Below, piece by piece: positions 17,987 through 26,284 of a stretch of 64,000 bases of DNA. A program made the translations under genes and the position numbers. Positions within the stretch are counted from its first letter, which is position 1. Each line of letters opens with the position of its first letter. Source of the stretch: Deltaproteobacteria bacterium (lineage in GTDB: Bacteria; Desulfobacterota; Desulfovibrionia; Desulfovibrionales; Desulfovibrionaceae); assembly GCA_009929215.1 (NCBI GenBank), contig SAAX01000004.1:1032-65031 (forward strand), read 5' to 3'. Below the pieces are notes generated by a model, which was given only the letters and a program-made list of their open reading frames with translations, was not told the DNA's origin and searched no databases.

Positions 17987-18454
17987 ATGAACGGTGCCAT
18001 CAGTTGCCTTGGCAATGCCATATGGTTTTTGTGTGGCGGCATTGTCATGGGGCTTGTGTGGTGGATTTACGGGCTGCTTTGCTTTGTATCCATTGTGGGC
18101 ATTCCGTGGGGCAGGGCCTGCTTTGTCATGGGCAACTTTGCCTTTTTTCCCTTTGGTAAAATGCCTGTAGCGCGCGACGTGCTTACAGGCAAGCAGGATG
18201 TGGGCACGGGCCCTCTGGGTACGGTGGGCAATATCATCTGGCTTGTGCTGGCAGGAATATGGATAGCCATGGGGCATCTGCTTTCGGCCATCATGTGCGC
18301 GGTGACCATCATCGGCATTCCCTTTGCGTGGCAGCACGTCAAGCTGGCGGCTCTGGCACTCAGCCCCATTGGCAAGACCATTGTTCCAGCTCATCTGGCC
18401 GATGCGGCCGAACGCGCCGCCGCCGAACGCGGTTTTCGCGAAGGGCGCTTTTAG
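17987..18454 (+). CDS. YccF-domain inner-membrane protein
   Basis: Duplicated YccF motif (GNAIWFLCGGIVMGLVWW...IVGIPWG and GNIIWLVLAGIWIAMGHL...IIGIPFA). RBS AGGAGG lies before ATG 17987. Confidence 0.85.
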   Translation: MNGAISCLGNAIWFLCGGIVMGLVWWIYGLLCFVSIVGIPWGRACFVMGNFAFFPFGKMPVARDVLTGKQDVGTGPLGTVGNIIWLVLAGIWIAMGHLLSAIMCAVTIIGIPFAWQHVKLAALALSPIGKTIVPAHLADAAERAAAERGFREGRF

Positions 18455-18467
18455 AGTGGCAAAATTG

Positions 18468-18506
18468 GGGCAGGCCCCGCGCTACCCCTAACCGCAGGGC
18501 CTGCCC
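18468..18506. terminator. Hairpin between convergent yccF-like and tetR-like genes
   Basis: A 10-bp GC-rich stem gggcaggccc/gggcctgccc with a 19-nt loop. There is no clear T tract, so Rho-independent function is uncertain. Confidence 0.45.
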
Positions 18507-18526
18507 TCTCACACATGGTACATGGT

Positions 18527-19135
18527 CTAGTTGTTGGGGCTTTCGCCAAACAGCTCTGCCATTTGCCGTGCGTAAAACTGCTTCATGAATTCCAGATCAA
18601 TCTTGGGCGAATTTTCGCCCCGCAGCAGGTTGACCACCAGGGCGGCCCCCATAAGCTGCGCCAGTATCAGGTCGGCGCGGGTGGCTGTGTGCTCGCCCGG
18701 CAGTATGGCCATGATCTGCTCGCGCACCTTGTCATACGTATCGGTCATCACATCCGACACATGCGGATCAAGCGCAGAAAGCGCCGTGATGCGAAAATCC
18801 GTCACCCAGGCGCTTTGCGCGCCTTCGCTCAAAATACCGCTCATGGCCAGATTGGTTCTTTCCAGCGGCGAAACGTCGGGCAGGGCAGCATTGCCCTCGT
18901 CATTAAGTATGCTCGCCACTTCAAGAAAAAGATTCCGCTTCGAGCCAAAATAGCGGCTGATCAATGCCGGGTTCACCCCAGCCTCTGCACCAATCTCACG
19001 TATCCCCACGCTAACATAGTTGGCGGTAGCAAAAAGCCTTCTTGCTGCTTGCAGTAAACGGTTGCGCGTTTCTGCGGCATTACGCTTCTGCTGTGGCGCT
19101 GAAACTTTCTTGCGATCAGAAACCATTGTATTCAT
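18527..19135 (-). CDS. TetR/AcrR family transcriptional regulator
   Basis: N-terminal HTH: RNRLLQAARRLFATANYVSVGIREIGAEAGVNPALISRYFGSKRNLF. Confidence 0.9.
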   Translation of the reverse strand: MNTMVSDRKKVSAPQQKRNAAETRNRLLQAARRLFATANYVSVGIREIGAEAGVNPALISRYFGSKRNLFLEVASILNDEGNAALPDVSPLERTNLAMSGILSEGAQSAWVTDFRITALSALDPHVSDVMTDTYDKVREQIMAILPGEHTATRADLILAQLMGAALVVNLLRGENSPKIDLEFMKQFYARQMAELFGESPNN

Positions 19136-19161
19136 CCTCTATGCTTGTTGTTGCTTGACAC

Positions 19162-19205
19162 AGCTCTGATGTTAGAGCTAGTGTTTTGTGTAATCAATCG
19201 ATTAC
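19162..19205. promoter_or_regulatory. Two inverted repeats in the tetR promoter region (operator candidates)
   Basis: AGCTCT-N6-AGAGCT (19162-19179) and GTAATC-AATC-GATTAC (19190-19205), 27-70 nt upstream of the tetR ATG. Confidence 0.45.
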
Positions 19206-19668
19206 CCACTTTCACTGGAAAGCGCAAGATTTTTATTGCGCAGACATAGTCGCAGGTCAAAAGATACTGCCATGCCAGCAACCGAAACAAAGTTTGCAAT
19301 GGCCATACTGAAAGTCCAGATAGCTGATTACAAAGGCGTATACATCAACGGATATCCGCCATGCTACATAAATGCGATGCTTTCAAATTTTTTTTCAGCA
19401 CCAAAAGCCTGCGGGTACTCACTGTGATGCAGTATTGCTTGGAGGTCGTCGCACCTGAAAAGGTGCTCTTAAGGCAGATAGGAATGCCGTACCCTTGAAC
19501 GGGCCCAGTGCTCAGGCCGATTTATCGGATTGAATGATCAGGCCGGGTGATGGATAGAAAGGTATTTGCAATATTTTATTGTTCCCGGTGCGTTGCACGC
19601 CGGGCATACAAACAAAACGCTTCTCGAACGTGTAGGCCTTGCTGGTCATTGCCGCGACCTGCCAAGGC

Positions 19669-20403
19669 CTACCGTTTGGAAGCACAGCCCCCCTGACACA
19701 AATGCCCAGGCCCAAAAGGCACAAGCCTGCCAGCGGCAAAGGCATTAAGACAGTCTGCCACAGTGGGTAGGTTGGCATTGTAATACACGGCAATGCCCGC
19801 CGCCTGCAAAGCCTGCAGGGGCCGCATGCCCATGCCGCCCGCCAGCAAGGTATTTACCCCTAGCCGCAAAAGGGCCTGCACCGGGCTGTCGCAGTCGCCG
19901 CCCTGATGCATGGGGTTGGGCTGCACGTCCATCTCCAAAATTTTGCCGTTTTCAACCCTAGCCAGGGTATAGACCTGACAGCGGCCAAAATGCACGTGGG
20001 GCGTAGCCTCTGGCCCACCCGGTATCAGGCTGGGAATCGCCACAAGTATGCCGCGTGCGGCAGCATCGCTCTTGATGGCATCATCCCCCACATCATCCTG
20101 CCCATCAGGGGCATCCACGGCATATACCCCGCCTTCAATGCGCAGGGCCTGCCCTAGCACAAGGGCCTGAGCCACACTGCGGCGGGCGCGGCGCAAAAGT
20201 CTGCCAAAGGTATGCCGCGAAACACCCATACGGGCGGCGGCCTCGTCCATGTTCAGGTCTTCATGGTCGGCCAGACGCAAGGCCTCCAACCCATCCAGCG
20301 ACAGCACCACCTCTTCAAGCTCGTGCAGTGGAATCCCGTTGGGTTTGAAACAACTGTTTTTGGGCAGCGCACTAACGCGCCTGCAATGGCAAGGTCTTGG
20401 CAT
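19669..20403 (-). CDS. DUF134 (UPF0251) putative DNA-binding domain fused to a NifX/NifB-like (MTH1175-like) domain
   Basis: The N-terminus MPRPCHCRRVSALPKNSCFKPNGIP...LSLDGLEALRLADHEDLNMDEAAARMGVSRHTFGRLLRRARR is DUF134-like. The C-terminal half (HFGRCQVYTL...LLAGGMGMRPLQALQAAGIAVY) is NifX-like. Alternative starts are at 20427 and 20472. Confidence 0.8.
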   Translation of the reverse strand: MPRPCHCRRVSALPKNSCFKPNGIPLHELEEVVLSLDGLEALRLADHEDLNMDEAAARMGVSRHTFGRLLRRARRSVAQALVLGQALRIEGGVYAVDAPDGQDDVGDDAIKSDAAARGILVAIPSLIPGGPEATPHVHFGRCQVYTLARVENGKILEMDVQPNPMHQGGDCDSPVQALLRLGVNTLLAGGMGMRPLQALQAAGIAVYYNANLPTVADCLNAFAAGRLVPFGPGHLCQGGCASKR

Positions 20404-20700
20404 AATTTCCCAGCAATATGGTTTCATTTGAGAATAAGCCAATGAAAAGGCATGCGCAAGGGGCGCAGACAATGCGGGCTCGACATTTGGCGGCGATCTG
20501 CCGCACTATGCCAACCACAACAGTACATGGCCGAACCTGAAGCAAGTGGGGTAAGCCTGATTCAAGTCCGGCCATGTTTTCATGGGCCACTCGGCAAAAC
20601 GCCTGTACGGGGCGCTATCAGTGGCCCTTGTTGCGCTGCCCAACGCGGATATGGGCAGGCGCAAATGGAGGGTATAGGCGCGTCAAACTACGGCCAGACC

Positions 20701-21066
20701 TCAGGCCTGGATTTCGTTCAGCAGTCGCACTATCCGGCGGGCATCATCCTCGCCGGGCGCTGGCGGCAACGAGGCAAGAATGCCCAGGCCTTCCATGACA
20801 TCGTGAAAGACCTCCTCCGCCATTTCGGTAACAACCGCCGTGTGCACCAGCGCATTTGCGCGCATGATGCCAATAACATCCTGCCGCGCCTGTTCCTGCG
20901 TGGGTGCATCAACAACCACCAGATGCGGGGCCTGCCGCTGCACGCAAGCAGTGCACTCCGCAGCATCGGCCACAGTGGTTACGGCGCAGCCCTGACGTTC
21001 CAGCTCCTCAACAAAGGGGGCAAAAACAGCGGGTCTGCCCGTCTGCAACAAGATGGAGCGCTTCAT
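20701..21066 (-). CDS. Receiver (CheY)-fold-like protein without the N-terminal acidic pair, 121 aa
   Basis: The beta-alpha pattern MKRSILLQTGR...PHLVVVDAP...AVVTEM is receiver-like. No output domain is present, and the canonical DD pair is absent. Confidence 0.5.
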   Translation of the reverse strand: MKRSILLQTGRPAVFAPFVEELERQGCAVTTVADAAECTACVQRQAPHLVVVDAPTQEQARQDVIGIMRANALVHTAVVTEMAEEVFHDVMEGLGILASLPPAPGEDDARRIVRLLNEIQA

Positions 21067-21072
21067 GACGGT

Positions 21073-21450
21073 CTAATGCCCGCCGCCGCAGGTATGCTCA
21101 GGAGTGAATTCCACAAGCTTGCCCTGGCAAAAAGCCTGCACAGCCATGCCCACGGTGGGCTGGTTGCCTGCAAAATACACGCTGATGCCCATCTGGTTAA
21201 AGCCCATCAGCGGGCGCATGCCCATGCCGCCAGCCAGAAGCGCGTTTACTCCGTGCGAAGCCAAATACTGCACTGGGGCCATGCAGCCACCCTGCTGGTG
21301 GGGAATGGGGGGAAGCGTGGACTGGCCTGACACCTGACCATTTTCAAGCTCAACAATGGTGTAAATGTCGCAATGCCCAAAATGCATGCCCATGCCAGAA
21401 TCCATACCACCGGGCATTTGCGAAGGAATTGCCAGAATAGTCTTGCTCAT
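21073..21450 (-). CDS. NifX/NifB-like (MTH1175-like, orange-protein family) cluster-binding protein
   Basis: HFGHCDIYTIVELENG..., PHQQGGCMAPVQYLASHGVNALLAGGMGMRPL, and a C-terminal CGGGH. Confidence 0.85.
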   Translation of the reverse strand: MSKTILAIPSQMPGGMDSGMGMHFGHCDIYTIVELENGQVSGQSTLPPIPHQQGGCMAPVQYLASHGVNALLAGGMGMRPLMGFNQMGISVYFAGNQPTVGMAVQAFCQGKLVEFTPEHTCGGGH

Positions 21451-21462
21451 GATGTTTTCCTT

Positions 21463-22374
21463 TTACAGATTGTTTATGGCGCCCCGCCGTACTGGCTGCG
21501 CAGCTAGAGCGCACACACGCTCCCAGGCTGCGGCCAGCAGCTCGGCAAGAGCTGATTTTTCTTCGGTAAGAGTCTGCCGCCGCACCATGGCCTGCGTTAC
21601 CAGCGGGCTGAAGGGCAACTCGCCCAGCAGGTGATGGCCGCCCTCTTCAATCATGGAGTGGATGCGGGCGGTTTCTTCGACGTTGAGGTCGGCCTTGTTG
21701 ATGAGCACCGCCACTGGAATACGAAAATGCGCGCACAATTCGGCCACCCGGCCAAAATCGTGCCGCCCGGAAGGTGTTGGCTCAACCACCGCCACGGCCA
21801 GCGAAGCACCGGAGAGGGAGCTGATAACAGGGCAACCCACGCCAGGCGAGCCATCGCACAGCACAAGCTCTGCCCCAATGGCCGTGGCTTTTTCGCGGGC
21901 CTGGCGCTTAAGCAGTGCAACCAGCCGCCCGGAATTTTCCTGCCCCGGGTCAAGCTGGGCGTGTACAAAGGGGCCAAAACGCGTTTCGCTCACATACCAC
22001 TGGCCGCAGTGCCGCTCTGGAAATTCCACAGCCTGAACCGGGCACAGCTTGTGACACACGCCGCAGCCCTCGCAGCCCAGCTCGTCAATGCTGTATACGC
22101 CGTCGGCAAGGTGCACCGCGTCAAAGCGGCACAACTCGGCACAACGCCCGCATGCGGTGCAAAGATCAGGATTGATGCGGGCCGTGTTGCCCGATATGAA
22201 GGCCTCGCACTGCTGTACCTGCGGGTTAAGCAGAATGTGCATGTCCGGCACGTCCACATCCAGATCGCAGAGCACGGCCTTTTGCCCACGGGCGTGCGCC
22301 AGCGCGGCAAATGCAGCGCAAACCGTGGTTTTTCCCGTGCCGCCCTTGCCGCTCAAAACAACTATCTCATGCAT
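21463..22374 (-). CDS. MinD/ParA-type P-loop ATPase with two 4Fe-4S ferredoxin-type Cys motifs
   Basis: VVLSGKGGTGKTT, CTACGRCAELC and CEGCGVCHKLCP. ATG 22374 overlaps the upstream stop by 8 nt. Confidence 0.85.
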   Translation of the reverse strand: MHEIVVLSGKGGTGKTTVCAAFAALAHARGQKAVLCDLDVDVPDMHILLNPQVQQCEAFISGNTARINPDLCTACGRCAELCRFDAVHLADGVYSIDELGCEGCGVCHKLCPVQAVEFPERHCGQWYVSETRFGPFVHAQLDPGQENSGRLVALLKRQAREKATAIGAELVLCDGSPGVGCPVISSLSGASLAVAVVEPTPSGRHDFGRVAELCAHFRIPVAVLINKADLNVEETARIHSMIEEGGHHLLGELPFSPLVTQAMVRRQTLTEEKSALAELLAAAWERVCALAAQPVRRGAINNL

Positions 22375-23272
22375 GGTGCGTGCCCTCCGCAAATTTACGC
22401 AAGGTACCTGCAAGCTCGGCAAAACGCTGCCGCCAGCGTTGGCCTGTGGCGCCTTGCGCCTCTGTGGGAGGTAGGCCGTGTGCGTAGGCTTCGGCGGCCT
22501 CGCGCTCAAAGGGCAACTCTGCAAGCACGGGCAGTCTGGTCCCGGCGCACCATAAACGCATCTCATCTTCGCACGCGGTATTGCCCTGCATGCCCACACG
22601 GTTTATCACCACGGCAACGGGCCGCCCCAACTGCGCAAATGCAGCGTGCGCCAGCTTGAAATCGTACAAACCAAAGGGCGTGGGCTCTGCCACCAGCAAC
22701 ACGGCATCGGCATTGCGGGCAGCTGTCATGGCCGGGCAGCTCACGCCGGGGGGCGCGTCCATAAGCACGTCTGCGGGGTGAACCTTGAGCGCTGCGGCCA
22801 GTTTGCGCTCCTGCGCACGCAACAGGGGTGGGGTCATGGCCTCGCCCACGCGGGTACGCCCCATGAGAAAGGGCACGTCACGCCCGCCAGCTTTGGCCGT
22901 ACCCAGCAGCAAGGCACCCAGTTCGCGCTGTGCCACGCGCAGCGCCTGCTCTGGGCACACCGCAAAACAGCCTCCGCAGCCGTGGCACATATCCTGAAAA
23001 TACACAGGCTTTGCGCCCAGCATGGCAATGGCTCCATAGGCGCATATGGGGCGGCATGCGCCGCAGCCGGTACACTTTTCTGTCAGCAGTTCCGGCACCT
23101 CAAGATAGACGGTTTCCGGCTCTGCAAGGTTTGGGTGCAACAATAGGTGCAGGTTGGGCGCTTCCACGTCAGCGTCGGCCAACATAAGGTCGCCCTTCCA
23201 CTGTGACGCAAGGCAGGCGGTTACGGTGGTCTTTCCCGCGCCGCCCTTGCCGCTGGCGATGACAATGCGCAT
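22367..23272 (-). CDS. MinD/ParA-type P-loop ATPase with two 4Fe-4S ferredoxin-type Cys motifs
   Basis: MRIVIASGKGGAGKTTV, CTGCGACRPIC and CHGCGGCFAVCP. Confidence 0.85.
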   Translation of the reverse strand: MRIVIASGKGGAGKTTVTACLASQWKGDLMLADADVEAPNLHLLLHPNLAEPETVYLEVPELLTEKCTGCGACRPICAYGAIAMLGAKPVYFQDMCHGCGGCFAVCPEQALRVAQRELGALLLGTAKAGGRDVPFLMGRTRVGEAMTPPLLRAQERKLAAALKVHPADVLMDAPPGVSCPAMTAARNADAVLLVAEPTPFGLYDFKLAHAAFAQLGRPVAVVINRVGMQGNTACEDEMRLWCAGTRLPVLAELPFEREAAEAYAHGLPPTEAQGATGQRWRQRFAELAGTLRKFAEGTHHA

Positions 23273-23278
23273 AGGGTC

Positions 23279-23629
23279 CTACTTGTTGGGTGCAGTGGCC
23301 GGACTGACCGAACCTTCTGCAAGACAGCGCACGGCATCGCCCACGCTGCGGTTGTCCATATCCTGATACACGTCCAGCCCCGCCGCCTTGAGCGCCATAA
23401 AGGCTTTGGGCCCCACATAGCCGCTCATGACAGCCTGCACGCCCATGCCCGCCAGCTTCTCTGCGGTCTGTATTCCAGCGCCCTGAGCCGCGGCCTGCGA
23501 TGCTCCGTTGTCCACATAGTCCGCTTGCATGGTTTCCATATCGACAACAACAAAACCGCCAGCCCGGCCAAATCGCGGATCAACCATCGATTCCAGCCCC
23601 GGCCCTTCGCTTGAAACGGCAACTTTCAT
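23279..23629 (-). CDS. NifX/NifB-like (MTH1175-like, orange-protein family) protein
   Basis: MKVAVSSEGPGLESMVDPRFGRAGGFVVVD...GIQTAEKLAGMGVQAVMSGYVGPKAF. The start was set at the second ATG (23629), 7 nt after AAGGAGA. Confidence 0.85.
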   Translation of the reverse strand: MKVAVSSEGPGLESMVDPRFGRAGGFVVVDMETMQADYVDNGASQAAAQGAGIQTAEKLAGMGVQAVMSGYVGPKAFMALKAAGLDVYQDMDNRSVGDAVRCLAEGSVSPATAPNK

Positions 23630-23657
23630 GTGCATTCTCCTTGTTTTTGCTCAAATG

Positions 23658-23685
23658 AGCATAATCCTACGCGACAAATTGTCAA
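23658..23685 (-). promoter_or_regulatory. Sigma70-like promoter of the NifX/MinD-FeS operon with an overlapping inverted repeat
   Basis: The minus strand reads TTGACA-N16-TATGCT. The inverted repeat GACAA-A-TTGTC (23673-23683) overlaps the -35 box. Confidence 0.55.
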
Positions 23686-23690
23686 GTGCA

Positions 23691-23734
23691 TAAAAATAAA
23701 ATCCGCCGCATCAGCCAGTTGCTGCATGCGGCGG
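23691..23734 (-). terminator. Intrinsic terminator after the amine dehydrogenase-like gene
   Basis: The minus strand reads ccgccgcatgcag...ctgatgcggcgg followed by ATTTTATTTTT. Confidence 0.75.
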
Positions 23735-23769
23735 TAGCTTCGCCAATGGCGATTGGGAAGGAAAGATGT

Positions 23770-24846
23770 TTACTTGTTCACGTAATGATCAAGGGGTTTG
23801 ACGCGGTAGCAGTTGACCGGCATGAGGTCGGTGGTCACATAGCCGGGTGCGGCATTGATGAGGTCGGGTATGCGGTTGACTATGGTGGCGCAGGTAAGCT
23901 CCACCGTGGCGGGCCGGGTGATGACCACCTGGGTATCGGGCTCGCCCATGAGCGTCCAGTCGTTGCAGTCAACTTCGCCGGGGGCGTAGACCTTGCCCAC
24001 GCACTCGCTTTCAATGACTATGCCCTCTTTCGTCTCTGTGGTTACCACGGCAGACATGCCCGTGGCGTGCCCGGCGGGAATGGTCATGCCCAGCGTTTCA
24101 GACCGCAGCTCGGCATTGTGGGTTTGCGGCACGCACTTCTGCACCTGACTTGTGACCGTAAGGCCCAGCCGCTCGGCCAGCCAGCCGTTGACATTCCACA
24201 TATACGAGGGCAGGAACTCGCCCTTTTCAATAAGCTGCTGGCGCTCGACGGGTGAAATCGCATCGGCGGCGGCAATTTCCTTTTCAAAGGCTGGCAGGTC
24301 AAGGCCCGCGCCGTGGGCCTTGGCAAGGGCAATGCCGTAGTCTTCTACGTTGTAACTGGAGCTGCCCTTGATGCGCTTGATGGTGTGCATGGCCCCTGCC
24401 AAGGTGGCAATAAGGTTACCCCAAAACACATCCTGATAGCCCGAGCCGCAGATGGTGCAGCCGTTCTTCTTGGCCAGGGCGTCCACTTCGCGGGTGAGCG
24501 CGGGCGACGAATTCATGGGAAAGATAGCTTCTTCATTGGTGGTGATGGCGTTAACGCCGTTTCTGGCGCAGAGCATAAGTGCCTCGGCTATGTCGCGCAT
24601 GAGGCTCATGGTGGTGATGATGCAGGCATCGGGCTTGAGCGCCGCCAGCACCTTGTCGGCCTCGCTGGCGTGGTGCACCACCACGCCCCGGTCTGGCCCG
24701 CCAATGACAGACCCGATATCGCGACCCACAACCGCCGGGTTCACATCAAAGGCCGCCACAATCTCCGCGCCTTTTTCGTACACATAGCGCATGGAATATT
24801 TTGACATTTTTCCACAACCATACTGGGCAATCCGCAATTTGCTCAT
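23770..24846 (-). CDS. NAD(P)H-dependent amine dehydrogenase family protein (2,4-diaminopentanoate dehydrogenase / DapB-N-like)
   Basis: MSKLRIAQYGCGKMSKYSMRYVYEKGAEIVAAFD forms a Rossmann N-terminus. The length (~358 aa) and overall pattern match the Ord-like family. Confidence 0.7.
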   Translation of the reverse strand: MSKLRIAQYGCGKMSKYSMRYVYEKGAEIVAAFDVNPAVVGRDIGSVIGGPDRGVVVHHASEADKVLAALKPDACIITTMSLMRDIAEALMLCARNGVNAITTNEEAIFPMNSSPALTREVDALAKKNGCTICGSGYQDVFWGNLIATLAGAMHTIKRIKGSSSYNVEDYGIALAKAHGAGLDLPAFEKEIAAADAISPVERQQLIEKGEFLPSYMWNVNGWLAERLGLTVTSQVQKCVPQTHNAELRSETLGMTIPAGHATGMSAVVTTETKEGIVIESECVGKVYAPGEVDCNDWTLMGEPDTQVVITRPATVELTCATIVNRIPDLINAAPGYVTTDLMPVNCYRVKPLDHYVNK

Positions 24847-24999
24847 GAGTTTCCTCCTGGTTTTGGATATGCGTTATCCTGAAAATTGCTTTCAACTAGA
24901 GCATACGCACCGCTTGTGAAAAAACAAGCATGTCACGGAAAAATAAAATTAGCGCGTTTCAATCACACATCAGCCACGCCAGCCACCAGCACAGCAGGC

Positions 25000-25032
25000 A
25001 AAAAAAGCCCCCGAATCCAAAGATCCGGGGGC
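25000..25032 (-). terminator. Intrinsic terminator after pgk
   Basis: The minus strand reads gcccccggatc-tttg-gattcgggggc (one mismatch) followed by T7. Confidence 0.75.
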
Positions 25033-25070
25033 CTGAATCAGCTATAAACGGAGCCGCGTTGCGGCAAGAA

Positions 25071-26240
25071 CTAGCCCCTTTCTTCCAGTGCGGCTACCGA
25101 AGGCAAAACCTTGCCTTCAAGCAGTTCAAGCGACGCGCCGCCGCCGGTCGAAATATAGCCCATTTTGTCAGCCAGGCCGTACTTTTCTACCGCAGCCACA
25201 GAATCACCGCCGCCCACAACCACAAAGGCCTTGGAATCGGCAAGATAGTGTGCCAGCGCCTTGGTTCCCTCACCGAAAGGATCGGTTTCAAAAGCACCCA
25301 CAGGGCCGTTCCACACCACGGTCGCGACCTTGGAGAGCAGCTTTTTGTACTGCGCCACAGTGTCGCGGCCAATGTCCAGAATCATCTGGTCGGCGGGCAC
25401 GTCGCCCACGGCGCGGGTTGTTGCCGCCTGACCGGGGGCCAGTTCTTCGGCGGTTACCACATCCACGGGCAGGGGCATATCCCTGTTGAGGGTCTTGGCC
25501 TGCTCCATGATGCGTTTGGCTTCGGGCACAAGGTCTTCCTCATACAGCGACTTGCCTACCATGTATCCGGCAGCGGCCAAAAAGGTATTGGCAATGCCGC
25601 CGCCCACGATGAGCACGTCCACTTTTTCAAGCAGGTTCTCAAGCAGGGCCAGCTTGGTGGAAACCTTGGAGCCGCCGATGATGGCAGCCAGCGGGCGGGC
25701 GGGGTTGTCGAGCACCTTGGCAAAGGCATCAAGCTCGGCCTGGAGCAGCGGCCCGGCGCAAGCCACCTTGGCCACGCGCACAGCACCCTCGGTGGAGGCA
25801 TGCGCACGGTGGGCAGCACCAAAGGCGTCCATCACATACACATCACCCAACGCGGCCAGCTGCGCAGCCAGGGCGGGATCATTCTTTTTTTCCCCCTTGA
25901 GAAAACGCACGTTCTCCAAAAGGGTAACTGCGCCGGGGGCAGCCTTGGCTTCGTCAAGCGTGGCGGCAAGAGCCACGGGCAGGCCCAGCAGCTCAGAAAG
26001 ACGCGCAGCCACGGGCTTGAGCGAAAACTCTTCTTCGTACTGGCCCTCGGTGGGCCGCCCCAGATGCGAAAGCAGCACCACGCCCGCGCCTTTTTCCAGA
26101 GCGGTGCGGATGGTGGGCAAGGAAGCGCGGATGCGCTTGTCGTTGGTGACCTTTCCGTCCTTCATGGGGACATTGAGGTCTTCACGAATCACAACGGTCT
26201 TGCCCGTCAGTTCCAGATCCTGCATTTTCTTGATAGGCAT
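25071..26240 (-). CDS. pgk: Phosphoglycerate kinase
   Basis: [44 protein letters not shown]...LLSHLGRP. Full length, 389 aa. Confidence 0.97.
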   Translation of the reverse strand: MPIKKMQDLELTGKTVVIREDLNVPMKDGKVTNDKRIRASLPTIRTALEKGAGVVLLSHLGRPTEGQYEEEFSLKPVAARLSELLGLPVALAATLDEAKAAPGAVTLLENVRFLKGEKKNDPALAAQLAALGDVYVMDAFGAAHRAHASTEGAVRVAKVACAGPLLQAELDAFAKVLDNPARPLAAIIGGSKVSTKLALLENLLEKVDVLIVGGGIANTFLAAAGYMVGKSLYEEDLVPEAKRIMEQAKTLNRDMPLPVDVVTAEELAPGQAATTRAVGDVPADQMILDIGRDTVAQYKKLLSKVATVVWNGPVGAFETDPFGEGTKALAHYLADSKAFVVVGGGDSVAAVEKYGLADKMGYISTGGGASLELLEGKVLPSVAALEERG

Positions 26241-26284
26241 ATGTGTTCTCCCTGTCAGAGGATTGGCCCAGTTTGGCAGAGGGG

